A DNA stretch of 64,000 bases from Tubulanus polymorphus (taxonomy: Eukaryota > Animalia > Nemertea): the NCBI RefSeq assembly GCF_964204645.1, contig NC_134025.1, positions 14,942,001 to 15,006,000 on the forward strand, written 5' to 3'. The position numbers were made by a program, and so were the translations under genes. The notes below the pieces were generated by a model. The model ran no database searches. It was not told where the DNA came from and worked only from the letters and a program-made list of their open reading frames with translations. Positions 24,401 through 37,186 of this stretch are shown piece after piece (the stretch's first letter is position 1; every line of letters starts with the position of its first letter).

Positions 24401-25234
24401 TGAGAGAAGATACTTGCTAAATGCTAAAAATGAGTGTTGATAGAAAATCTTTGAAACGCAAGGTGGCCGAGGCAGAACGTCAGCGTAAACGTAGTAAAGA
24501 TCAGAAAGAGATCTTTAAAAATCAAATCGAATCAAAAGTTCTAAAGAAAATGATCTTCTCGATGTTATGAAACAAGTAGTAAGCTGCGGTGCCAGTGCTG
24601 ACCATAGACGACATACTGGAGTCTTGAACTCTTGTAGGACATAAGATGAATAACAAAATGAAATATAGCTGCAAAGCAGCGATAACGGGTTTTCTGGATG
24701 TATGTGATCGAAAGGAAAAATTAATTACCGGGAATTCGATGGAAAAAATAAAATGAGATGATTTGGATATTATCGGAGCAATCCTCTTTTTGGTTGAATG
24801 GTCTAACCCCAGTATAGTTCCCCGTGATTTGGAAATTCTCGGAGCCATCCTTTATTTACTTACTAAATGACGTCACAGACTGTTATTTCGCCGGTGCTTG
24901 TTGTCTAACAATTCAATTCAATTCTTTATTTACAGTAACCTAATAAGTAATTTTAAGTTTCAAATAGGATGGAAAGTACATTCAGACAATCTGTTGGTTC
25001 AGAGAGACCGTTATTACAGTATCATTTTATACATTTCGTTTCGAAGCTGTCAGTTGCCGAATCTGAATGAAGATGAATTTTATTTGACGAAATCGGCGGA
25101 AAATATATAATAATAATAATAATCAACAGAATTTCAAGAGGGTTTTCGACGAAAGTCTGAAAACCCTAAATATAGCTGCAAAGCAGCGATAACGGGTTTT
25201 CTGCACAGTCATTGAATCCTGTTCAATGGTTAAT

Positions 25235-25590
25235 ACAGTTTTATAAGAGGAAGCTCGACAAACAGTCAATTAGACCTTCTTGAAACCATGGACAACTGAA
25301 CCAGATGTCCTATTTGACTCTAGAAAATCGACTGTTAGGCGATAATTACTCTTTATGATTTTGACAAAGCATTTAATAAGGTACAACATCAGCCATTACT
25401 AAACAAGGCTATTAGGAAACAGTATCAATGATAGGTTGCCGAAATGGCTCAGCATTATCTCTGAACGAAAACTTGTAGCTGAAATCAACGGAACGCTTCA
25501 TCTTGGGTTAAGTCGTTCTAACTAGTCGAGTCACGCAAGGTAGTATCCTAAGTCGTCTTCTGTTTAATGTCCTGACAAATGACATGCACA
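25235..25590 (+). pseudogene. CR1-like RT fragment carried inside the Helentron-like unit
   Basis: Degenerate DFDKAFNKVQHQPLL and RVTQGSILSRLLFNVLTNDM; second copy at 27465-27710 (MDFKKAFDKVQHQRLLNKL). Confidence 0.7.
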
Positions 25591-26140
25591 GTTATCCAAA
25601 ATATACCAGACCGAGTAAATTTCCAAAACGACCTTAACACGCTGTTCGACCAAAAAACTTAATGATCCGACAAGAAAATCTTGTACGCTTTTTGTTTGAA
25701 CCAAAACTTTTCTTCATTCTGAAAGCTATGTTATTGTTGAAATGAAAAACTTTTTGTCCCGGCAAAAAAATTTGGTTGAGCGAAAACAATTTTTTCGAAC
25801 GAATGTTTGAATGAAAACAATTCTGTTCGATTGAACGAAATACTTAATACTTTTGGTTCGGAGAAAAAACTTTTTACAATATACTTGTTCGAACGAAAAA
25901 CTTAATGTTCTGAAAAGAAAATTCTGATCAAATTCAAACGATTCTGTTCAATCGAACAATTGTTCGAACAAAAATCCTTTCGTTTGGACAAAAAAAAGTT
26001 TGTTCAACTTTGTTCTAACGTTTTTTTCGAATTGGTTCAATCGAACAGAATATTATTGGTTGGAACGAAAGGTCTTTTTTCAAGCGAAAGGTCTTTTGAA
26101 CGAAAAAAAAAGATATTTCTGGTGCTCCGCAGTAACTTAA

Positions 26141-26390
26141 AGCCGGACGTAGGTCAGCCTTGTGACGCGATGCGATCCTCGCGTTGCATCGCAAGTTTCG
26201 GTGCAAGTCGTGTCGCATCGCAGAAAGGTAGAACACGTGCGACTCCTTGTGACTGGCGTTGCTGAAAGTCGCAACCCGTTGCAAGGGAGCGTAGGTCGAT
26301 GAGTCGTTGCGACATAATCGTCGCTGGCGGTCGCAGTGATAGGCGTCGCAGTGAATCACAAGCCGTCGCAAGGCCGACCTACGCCCTGCT
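26141..26390. mobile_element. MITE, PIF/Harbinger-like
   Basis: Imperfect 27-bp TIR AGCCGGACGTAGGTCAGCCTTGTGACG / CGTCGCAAGGCCGACCTACGCCCTGCT; TAA on both flanks. Confidence 0.75.
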
Positions 26391-28714
26391 TAAATCATAA
26401 GAAATTAATGAAATACCAGTTTCATTTATGATGAAAAAACTCAAATGAAAAGTCTGGCTTATAAAGCTGTCTGCTCAGACGAAATTTTCCAAAAAATCTT
26501 CATTTTTGGCAATAAAATTGATAATTGTGATTGATCGTTGCAAGTCACAACCAGTTAATCACTCATTAACATGCATTTTAATAAATCTTGAATCCTCCTT
26601 TACAGTGAACTTAGCTTTAACCTAGTAGAGGCTACTAGCCTATGTAGGCCTATGTATATGCGTAGGCCTAAAAATCTGGACAGATTGGTCGTAGGCCCAT
26701 TGAATAACAACCCACCTAAATATCGTAAATTTTGTTTTGAAGTTCAATCCAATGAGTCCGTTAATAAACGCAACAATTATACTGTGTTTGTTTAGTAAAG
26801 CTCAGTACCGGTAGGCCTAAAGCCGCGTAAAACTCGATAAACACTTCAAGCGACACAGCGAACGATCTCCTTTCCCCCACAGCGAACGCTTACTCCGAAT
26901 GTCAAGTGTGAGTCCAGCATACGGAAAGAAGTGTGTTATATACTTGTATTTAGTAAATACCTTGTGCATTTGACAATGATCGGTATGTACTGTAGGAAAT
27001 ATAGAGTATTGATGGTATTGATATAGAGGTTGAAGCCCGCGGCCGAATAAAGTAATATATTTTTTTTATTTTGATACCTCGTCGACATAACAGCTTTTCT
27101 CCGCTATATCTCTTCGGCGTGTTTAGTTTAGGCCTACGATTCCCCGGTACACTTAAGATTTATCTTAGTAAATACACGGTTAATTCGGTAAAGAAAAATA
27201 GGTATTGTTATTATGGTTATTATATGGATTGTATATGAAACAGCGGTAAGGTAACAAAGCCTATGTTCTTTTGGTAAAAATAGCGTGGAAGAAAATAATA
27301 ATAATAATCTCGCGGATATCAATAGGGTTTTCTGTGAAATAACAGAAAACCCTAAATATAGCTGCAAAGCAGCGATAACGGGTTTTCTGCACATCCTCGT
27401 TCGTATTCTTGATCTTGTCTGAATACTGTGTCGACAATCGGAAGTTAGAATCCTGTTCAACTGTCAAAACGGTTTTATAAAAGGACGGTTACAAACAGCC
27501 AATGAGGCCTACTTTGAAACCATGGATGACTGGACCAGATGGTTATTTGACTCTGGAAAATCTACTGTTAGGCCTCAATTAGTCTTTATGGATTTCAAAA
27601 AAGCATTTGATAAGGTCCAACATCAGCGATTACTAAATAAGCTATTCGGAAACGGTATCAATGATGGGTCGTTTAAATGGCTCAGCAGATTTCTCTGAAC
27701 GAAAACAGGTTCAGATTAGGAGAAGATTATTTTATTTGAATGAAGATTACTCATTGTAACGAAAAGACTATTTAGTTCGACCAGAATTTTGCTCTTTGGA
27801 AGGAAAAACGCTTCAATCGAACAACATATTTGCGGATCCGCGGAACGACAATGTAAAGAAACACGTTGATTATCGATCTTTACAGCTCAATAGTGCTTAT
27901 GATATTCATAATATTCAGAGTAGTAAATATCATGTGGATCGGTACATCGGTGCACCGATGAAGAAATGGGTAATTGTTAAAATTACTGTTTGAAGACCGC
28001 GACTGAATGTGAAGGCTTGCAGCAGTAAATTTTTTTATTTACACTTGAATTGATAATTGAAGTGAGGACAAGCCTGCGGATGATTTCGGCATTACGACTC
28101 TAAAAAACATGTCGCCTCATTGAATGGGGCTCAATTTTCGAAGTTTACGGCCCGACAGTGCTTTTGTAACGTTGATTCATCAAAATTCCCATGCAGTAAC
28201 TGTAGATCGAAGTGAGTTAAAAGAAAAAAAACGGATTGTATCAAAAACAGCAGTAGTTTGTAGTTTTGACGTCAATTGTCAAATAATAATAATAATAAAC
28301 ACGCGAATATCAATAGGGTTTTCTGTAATGTAACAGAAAACCCTAATTAGATAAGCTAGGTTATCAATTGAGTAGGTCGGCTCTATATACACGTCTTATC
28401 CCCCGTAGAATTGACAGTAACCAGGGTAAGAGGGATGTTCGTACAGTGCCTGTCAAGTTAAGACGTGCTCAGAATTCTCTTAGAAAAAAAAACACCAAAA
28501 CGCTAAGTTTTGCGTCAAAGACGCACATTAAAGATATAGCTTGTATGTTTGATCCAGATTCTGTTTTCGTACTGTCTATTGATGGCAAGGCCACATAAGC
28601 AAACATCCATGCTCATGTGCATGGAATATGAGGTCAGACTCACAGACCACGATTTCGTGGTGGCCGGTTCGCACAAACTCACTCCGTCGGTGAATGCAGC
28701 ATGTGAAATCAGAA

Positions 28715-29101
28715 GGCGCTTTTACGAAACTGAATCTTTGTAAATCGATTTAAGTTTCACGTTTACGGCACGCGGTTTAGTGAATCGGATTTGATAAATC
28801 AACTCGTTTATGGACGCGGTTTAGTAAACTGATTTATTAAATCGACTAACTTGCTCGGCGAGCAAGTTAGTGGCGATTTAGTCAGTGAAATCCAACATGG
28901 CGTCCTCTTCGGCCGCGGGCTTGAGACATCTATCGCAGACAATCATCTATCAATAATTCGGTCACCATTGACGCCCATTTTCTTTCGAATCGCAACCTAA
29001 GACTCATTTACGAAAAACGATTCGATTTACTAAATCTTTCGGTTTCCGACATCGAATCGGATTTAGCTAAACCGAATCAGATTCAATTTCGTAAAAGCGC
29101 C
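28715..29101. mobile_element. MITE, PIF/Harbinger-like
   Basis: TIR GGCGCTTTTACGAAACTGAATCT / AGATTCAATTTCGTAAAAGCGCC; interrupts the transposase reading frame. Confidence 0.8.
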
Positions 29102-29429
29102 TAAAGCACCAACTGCTAAGTCTGATTTCGAAATTGTTTACTCAGGCCCAATGTATATATGTATCTGAAGTACAAATCATGATTCCAGCAACACTTTCAC
29201 ACATGGTCAGGATGATAGAATAATATAATATTATTATGATTATTAATTGGTATAATTATTTCATTTGTAATTTTAATATTTTGAAGTTTGCATAGTTCAC
29301 GCTAATATTAAGCTTTGGATTGGTAATATCTGTTGTGTAGGAGAGTTCCATTCTTTCCGTGTCTGCGTGGTTGGATGTATTTCCATGTAAAAAAATCGGA
29401 TTTTGATGCGTATGGTACGTAATAAATGA

Positions 29430-30370
29430 ATGGTCCCAAAGGGTATCGAATTGAATGGGAGGACCTTCCTCCGGTGCAATAACTTTGCCTAAAATTATTC
29501 AGTTTTCTTGTAGTGAATCCGAGGCAATTGATAATTGGCTATCACAATTTTTACAGCGTCAGATTATTGAATTGGCTCACGAAAAAAAGGAGAGTTTATC
29601 TCGAACAGTTTTGTAGTTCCCAAAATGGATGGAGGTTATAGACTTATTTTGAATTTAATTCATTTAAATAAGTTTTTGAAATATTGTCATTTTAATATGA
29701 ACTCTCTTTCTACGGTTCTTAAACTCATGACGCCTGGATGTTTCATGTCATCTTTAGATTAAAAAGATCCGTATTATTCAATACCTATTCGTAAAGAAGA
29801 TAGGAATTACCTTCGGTTTTATTGGTAAGGCGTGCTCTATCAGTATACTTGTTTACCATATGGCATTTCCTCGGCGCCTTGATTGTTTACTAAGTTAGTA
29901 AAGCCGGTTTTGGAATCTCTTCGTAGAAAGGGTCATATTTCAGTAGATTATAACGATCATATCTATTTGCAAGATAATTCGATCAATGAAAATAATGCTA
30001 ATACTTCAGAAACAGAGCTTCAATTAACAAAAGCTGGATATTTGATACATAGAACAAAATCAGAAAAAGAGGCTAGTACCCGAAGGAAATGGTTTGGTTT
30101 TTGGCTTAATTCGCTATCTTGGACAGTTTTCATTACAATTGATAAAGTTATCAAAATCCAAAGTGAATGTCAATCACTTCTTGATTCATTGAAACCCACT
30201 TCGTACCAAATTGCTAGAATAATTGGTATCCTGGATTCAGTTTTCTCAGCTGTTCCACTAAGATCGTTAACATTATTGGTATCTTGATAGAGATAAAGTG
30301 GTTGGACTAAAAATGTCTGCTGGTGATTTTTCAGCCAAAACGGATTTATCTTTGCAAGCTAAAGATAAAG
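29430..30370 (+). pseudogene. DIRS-type retrotransposon RT remnant
   Basis: GEFISNSFVVPKMDGGYRLILNL, MSSLD*KDPYYSIPI, YQYTCLPYGISSAP*LFTKLVKPV, degenerate YxDD (YNDH). Confidence 0.8.
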
Positions 30371-31551
30371 ACGAGAGTTCAGGTGCCCTCTAAATAGAAT
30401 ATTCTGTTTTCTAAATGTGACATGTTTTCAAATGATAAGTGTGTTACTTATTTCGATTTTAGTAAAGCCATTACTGAGAAATAAGACTTTAAAGTGGGAT
30501 ATTTTCACCAGGGTGAGTTTGCTGTAACACAGCAGGTGCGTGTTTGCTGTGAAAAACCCACGATCGCTGACGTCATTGTAGTCAAACACACATTTCCACG
30601 CACGTTGTACTACTGAAGAATAACAAACTTTTTGGTGCACTTTATGAATAGTAAAGCTATGGCAAACTAATAGATTTGATCAAATCGGTATAATTAGGAG
30701 AATTCCAGTCAAACATAAACTTACAGGTAAGTCTCGTTTAACTTCATAATCAATACAAGTTTCTAAGAACGAGGTCAAGGTTGTTAGAACGAGGTTTCAC
30801 TGTATCAAGACCTCGATTGTTGAGAGATCATTTGCAATGCCATAAACACTACCAAGATGCAACATGAAAGTGATATATATTTTATTTACTCAAAAACCGA
30901 TGATTGACAAATCAAGGCAAAATAACTGGGGTATCATCTAAAACCCAATGCAGCTAAATTAACACATTATCAACACTCAATTTCACTTGAAGTTATAGAC
31001 CTAGGAATTCTCTATACTGCCAAATCGCAAATCTCTCTTGGCAGTACATTAAAACTTGCTTAGTTAGGATTTTGAATCCAGATCAGATAAGTGCGTTCTA
31101 CTGTTTATCGAGGCATCCATGAACGGGTGTATGAATTAAATTACTTTACAACATCAAATGTTTACACATGTACTGCAAACCATATAGTATTAAAATAGGC
31201 ACATGATTACTATACAAGTGATCAACCTAATTCAATTCTTTTAAGCCAATGCTTCTTATACCAGTCCACCAACAAATATGCACTGCATAATAGTGGACAT
31301 ACAAATGAGGAACATCTTCACATACCATACACCTCCTGAGGTGTATGGTATGAATACAGTGTGTCCAAGAAAATGGTTCCTCCGAAATGATAAAATATCT
31401 AAAATTTTTATATATAAATAAATTTGTGTGATGTATTGGTAATCAGTAATCATATTAAGGAAAATGGGTCATGTAGACCATACCTGGCTGGTTTTAAAAT
31501 ACTAATTATGAAGGGACTTTACTTCGAAACTAAACTTGATAAATTAAATTA

Positions 31552-32306
31552 GGCTGGCTTATGTCGACAAGCAACGCGATGCCTACCAACGCAACTGAGA
31601 GCAACCGCGATCGCAGCCCAGCTTATGTCGACTGCCCTTCGTTCGCAGCAACTGAGGCCGACTATTGGGATACGAGATCCTCCCCATTGCTTCCCTGCTT
31701 ATGTCGGTTACGATTACTGGCAACTGCAACGGCTCAGATGGTCACGTGATAAGCATTGGGAGAATAAATTTGATTCATTTTGAATTATTGGGAAATCTAC
31801 TTCTATTAGAAAAGCCATTTCTTTAAGATCTTTATCTTTCTGATTCTGTTTTGAATACAATGTGCTAGCGACATCACACCATGATTCTACCAATTTCGCT
31901 TCTAGATCTTCGGTCCAGTCATCTGCTGTGCTGAAAGTTTGGTCTACGTTTCGGAATTTGAAAGTTTATGACCAATTACGAATGACGCTAACTAGCGGTC
32001 ATAATTTGTTCTATGTATATGCGGTCTCTTATTGGCTGGAACCCTTGCGCTCAGTTCCGTCGCGTCGCATATGAGCTTATGTCGGTTGCGATCGATAGCA
32101 ACTGTCCGCCTACCGTAGGCCGGAGTAGAGCATGGGCAACTAGCTGGATACGGCTTGCGACGAGTCGGCAGGCATCGGGTTGCCGTCGCAAGCAAGTTTA
32201 TGTCGAACTGATAGAGCAGCAACTGGCAGCCTCTCATAGGCGGCTAATTGGCGATAAACCCAGTTGCGTCGGTAGGCGTCGCGTTGCTTGTCAACATAAG
32301 CCAGCC
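31552..32306. mobile_element. MITE, PIF/Harbinger-like
   Basis: TIR of ~46 bp GGCTGGCTTATGTCGACAAGCAACGCGA..; TTA target duplication on both sides; internal GCTTATGTCG repeats. Confidence 0.88.
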
Positions 32307-34698
32307 TTAAGGGATCATTCATTTATTACATACGCATTAAATTTGACTTTTTCTACCTCCCCCTGTAGGCAAAATCGGTCAATTATTCATATACATTAAG
32401 CATTACAGTACGCAATTGCACTTACCCCTCCCATAATGCGTACATGAATGATCGTATCAATTAAGGGGATATTGAATCGAGTGACACATATTTACATTAA
32501 TTATTCCTTGCTTAATTCGTAATCTAAGTTCGTATAACCACCCAATTCGTATAAAAGGTCCCAACTTTTTCCTTCATTATTCCCTTTAATTCCCATCTGA
32601 TACTTTGAATTGTAGCCGTATCCACGGTCCATTATCTTCGAAACCATTGAAAAGGCGCTAGTAGTTTGAGCATGCAGTGACCACGCGACATATTTTCCCA
32701 CCAGCAAAGTCTAACACAATGAATAGCCGTGACACACGGCATTTGTTCCAACGCCATGGGAAACAATTATTAGAAAGTTTTCATTTTTAGTTTATACGAA
32801 TTAATAGATGAATCATTAATTCCACGAATTATACATAATGCATAGAAAATACCAATTACGTCTAATTCGTAGAAAGAACCACGGTCCTAAGAGATACGAA
32901 TTAAGAGTTAATAGTTTACAAATTAATCATATGACAAAGGTTATATACGATCAGACAACAATAACACCTTAAAATCTTAAGCGTCTCATATTGACTGTAA
33001 CGCACTGTGTCTAAAATGAACTGTATGTAAACATATGGACAGTTACTTATTGTCGTTAGAATTTTACAAGATTCTCAACATTTTCGACTATGTTCTTTTG
33101 ATAAAATAATTTTCTTTATTACCAGATCTCTTTGTAATTGATTTGCTTTTTCGAGTGATCATTTCAATGGGGAACCGGTACACCAGCTATCCCGTCAGAT
33201 GGCCCCACTGAGATATCAGACGTACTCCATCAGAATTAGTTCTTTTTGAAGTAACTTTGATCTCAATTTTCGGTCTTCCAATCCAAAAAATTAGGCAAAT
33301 CACACATCGAAATAAACTCTAATTAGACTTTCGAGTTCATTTCTGCCACCATTTTCGTATATCATGCATAGAATTTGTGAGATTGTTGTTAGGTTTTAAT
33401 TGCATTTGAGAAGAAATCTTGACGTCTTACTGTACACTAGCGTACTTATTGAACGTACTTAATGAACGGTCCCTTATACAATTTAGACTGCCGACATGGG
33501 CAAATATCCAAGTATTCTACTAATGTACGTATTACAATCGATTCAGAAAAAGATTGTCATAGATTAATAGGCCTATATGATACTAAGGCCTATGTGTTTC
33601 GTAATAGCCTATATCAGGAATAATTTTACACTTTCAAAAACTTGCCCTCTTCAATTATACATACTGTACTTACACATTAGCATTTAATAACCAAAAAGAC
33701 ATTCCTTAATTAAATGAGCAAAAAACAATGAAATAGGTCAACACAGGGGATATTATAACTCCCGAATCAGTTTTAAGGCAATGACAAACTAGGCAAATTT
33801 CATTGGGAAATCGATTTTTGAGGATTTTGCTTCTGAGAAAATCGAGTAATCTGAATTTGCACGAAGCAAATATGCCAGTATTTTCACACAATTCCTAATC
33901 AATAATTGCTAATTTAGCAAGTGCCACCTATACCTAATGATTACACAAACAAATATTTACGGAACCATGTGTATATAACCAGGACATCTTCCTTCGCAAT
34001 GAATTCCCATTCATATGTCAACCTTTATCTCCAGAATTCAATCACAGGCAAATTACATGGCCCAAAGAAATTTGTATAGCTTTAATAACATATTATATTT
34101 CTGAAGGAATATTTTCATATACGATTCAATTCAAACTGATAATTTGTGTATAATGAATTTAATCATGATCCATATAAACCATGATTTATGCGCATAACTC
34201 CGCATAATATCCAAGTTATAAAGATTTAATACTTTCAATACACCATTATTTTCTATACTAAAAATTCATGTACAACAGCACAAAGACAAGTAATAAGTGA
34301 AAAGAAAAAGTGAAAATATCGATTATGGAGTTCGAATTTAACAAAGAAATCTAATAATAATAATAATATTACTTAAATACGGGACCAATCTATCTACTTT
34401 TACTCATTAACACCTCGACTGACAATGCTTCCTCCAGTTTATCCGTTGATTTCTTTTACACAATGCACATTCTTTAACGTATCATATTTCAGGCTGTCCA
34501 ACTTCTCTCCAACATCGAGATTGGGTCATCATCAACACCTATCATCCGAATGGGTTGAGTCAACAGTCATTTGCAACATCTTACCGGCATCTTCATTATT
34601 TGGAAATAAAAAATCTTAAACCTTGACCATCAAACCAAATGAAGGTCCGGTTCATTTCCATTTCTTAATTCTTGGAATATCATCATATGCATCTTGAT

Positions 34699-34720
34699 CT
34701 ATATTCTACGCAGATTTCTC
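34699..34720 (-). CDS. Predicted last coding exon of the Cip/Kip gene
   Basis: Acceptor TTCTTCATTTTAG|G AGA AAT CTG CGT AGA ATA TAG; phase matches the exon-2 donor, giving ..SKRRNLRRI*. Confidence 0.4.
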
Positions 34721-34774
34721 CTAAAATGAAGAAGTATTAGATTGGTTGATTGTCTGTGCTTTCTATTTGTTATC

Positions 34775-35730
34775 AAGACATTACTGTTGTCATTAAAACA
34801 CCATGCCCACTTTCAAATGCTCAACCATCTAACAATTTCAATATTCATCGCCCCTGGTGACCATATACAAAGTCCAATGACCTTGAACTCACCACAATCA
34901 TCGAACACGTCAGCAGCTACGATTTTTTAATTGACTGGGATAACAAAATATGCCTAGGTACCAATATAATAAGGAAATACTAAGTTATTCTACTATTACG
35001 CCCCCTGGTGACCATAGAATAACTAATGAGCTTGAAACTCACCACACTCATAGACCTTGTCATGAGCTACAACTTAACAACTTTGCGATTGTGGTAATAA
35101 AATATGCATAGGTACGAATACAATAAAGAAATACTAAGTTATTGTATTATTCATCGCCCCTGGAGGCCATACACAAAAACCAATGACCGTGAAACTCACA
35201 AGCATCATGTTATGAGCTACAACTTTCCGATTGATTGTGGAAACAAAATATGCTTAGGTATCAATATGGAAAAACTTTTTTCAACCTACAAATGAGTTCT
35301 GATGGCACCAAGATGGCCGCCAATTGTGTGATAATTGTCCTGTCTCAGGTACTTAAGATCTCTTTCCAAAGACCAAGTGCGCTAAAAATCCAGTGTCATC
35401 AAAATCATTGACCATGTCATGTTCTACACCTTGCAATTGATTATGGCATCAAATTATGCATAGGTACGAATATAATATAGAAATATTAAGTTATTGTATT
35501 ATTCATCACCCCTGGTGGCCATAAACAAAAACCAATGACCTTGAAATTCAGCACAATCATAGAACACATTATGAGCTACAACATTCCAATCGATTGTGGT
35601 AACAAAATATGCATAAATATTAACATAATGTAGAAAAACTTTTTTCTACCTACAAATGAGTACTGATGATACCAAGATGGCTGCCAAATGCGTGATAATT
35701 GGCTGATCAAAAATACCTGTATCAGGTATA
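34775..35730 (+). repeat. Tandem ~150-bp units of a Helentron-like element family
   Basis: Repeating CAATGACCTTGAAACTCACCACAATCATAGAAC..AACAAAATATGC..CCCCTGGTGACCATA; same unit at ~39420, ~40140, 43950-44500, ~54900-55080 and ~60180-60350. Confidence 0.85.
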
Positions 35731-37116
35731 AAAAAACAGTCTTGAAATGTGATGGAATTAATCAGATTATCTCCATGTCAACAACATCAGGACTGAGACA
35801 CCATGGGCTGCTTAAAGCACATCATATTCTAGCCTTTATTGCCTCTAAAGGCAAGGATTATGAAGGAACTTCATTTTGAGCAACTGGAGTTTGAAGTCGC
35901 ACATGCACTACCCCTAGTTGTAGATAACAATTCTACAATCAATTGTTTGATGACATGATGGGTGTTACTAAACCTTAGACCCCCTAAACCTAACACCTAA
36001 GACCCATTAGGTCTTATGTTTAGTGGGTCTTAGGTTTAGTTATACTTATATATGATACACTAAACCAGGCACGGATCTAGGGGTCTTATAGGTGTTCTCG
36101 GAGACCCTCAGAATTTTCAAGTGCCCTTAAAAAATTTTGCTCGCGAAACAATTCCATGACTCAAAATTTATACAATTCAACATTATTTTGGGCAAAGATT
36201 TCAAAGATGTTTCGCTCGGATGTTCTTCACTTTTCAGTTGTCATAGTATTATTGCGCATCGAGCGAGAAGCTTAATTGTTGTGAGTGGGTGACGTCACAC
36301 ACATTCATCGATCCATTCATTCACAGCAATGAATATAGGCTAAAACTACGTAGGGTCTGTCGCTATCTACCCGAGATCGATAAATGGAACAAACTGACGT
36401 CAAATACAAAGACTTTTCGCTCAAGATTCGCATAGTCAGAGAGAAGCTAGTGAAAACAAATTAACATCTTTATTGTTAAAATCTATCAAAATGACATCAA
36501 AGCGATCTACTTGAACGGGAAATGACACACACAGGTTTTAAATACCGGTAGCCTGACGGATAGTGACATCTAAAATTTACCAGCCTGATCAAATTTCTAC
36601 TAGCCTCGGGCTAGCGCTTAGATCGAACCCTGCAGGGTCTTACTTTTATATCAGCCTTCTAAATCGTGTATACATCCGCCATTGTGACCGAATAGTCCGA
36701 TTTACTTATCATTTCGATATATGCCTGCCGCTTCTGATATAATCATACATCCATGACTATTACAATACGTGTTCTACTGATAATGAATGCAATATAACAT
36801 TTCGACGTTCAGAGCTCATAATATAATCTCAGGAAGACATTCTACATCTTTGTCAATAATATTTTGCCAAATAGCTTGTATGTGTACACATAGACCTGTG
36901 ACGTTTTGCACATCGATTTACGGTTCTCGTTTGTAAAATGACGCTGAATGGTTAACATTGTTTAGGTTTCATAATGCTTACGTTTTATAAGGCGCAAAAA
37001 ATCTGACTCGGGCACGGTTAATGTGCATGTCAGCATAGCCATCTTTTGACAATTTAAACAGTTGTGATAAATCAATGTGAAGTCTTGATAAACGCAAGTG
37101 AAACAGCCACCTTTAC

Positions 37117-37186
37117 CTTTTGGATTTTTGCTCTGATGTATGACTAGAAACAGCATTGATTTTTCGCTTTTTAACCTTCATGAAAT
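37117..37186 (-). CDS. Predicted exon 2 of the Cip/Kip gene (second half of PIP box plus NLS)
   Basis: Strong acceptor TTTCACTCTCTCTTTTAG|AT TTC ATG AAG GTT AAA AAG CGA AAA completes QLKIS-DFMKVKKRK in the right phase; donor AG|GTAAAG (or read-through stop at 37113). Confidence 0.65.

Larger units (their letters stand above)
24662..28346 (+). mobile_element. Head-to-tail array of three Helentron-like non-autonomous elements
   Basis: Head ATATAGCTGCAAAGCAGCGATAACGGGTTTTCTG at ~24662, ~25170 and ~27357; tails of (AAT)n plus hairpin AGGGTTTTC..GAAAACCCTAA at ~25140, ~27324 and ~28316. Confidence 0.7.
24401..29215 (+). pseudogene. DNA transposase pseudogene (probably Zator/TP36-like), interrupted by two insertions
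   Basis: ..GASADHRRHTGVLNSCRT*DE*QNE [24662-28346 insertion] LDKLGYQLSRSALYTRLIP..TVPVKL..SIDGKA..RLTDHDFVVAGSHKLTPSV [MITE] ..YSGPMYI. Superfamily assignment is from memory. Confidence 0.6.

Noticed and set aside
25960-26371. Overlapping 101/118-aa ORFs
   Set aside because: They span low-complexity repeats and a GC-rich MITE; no recognisable protein motifs.
31561-32399. Cluster of short ORFs on both strands
   Set aside because: Almost entirely inside a GC-rich MITE; open frames are explained by composition.
34775-35730. CRISPR-like repeat/spacer pattern
   Set aside because: Whole ~150-bp units are homologous and recur inside Helentron-like elements; eukaryotic context.
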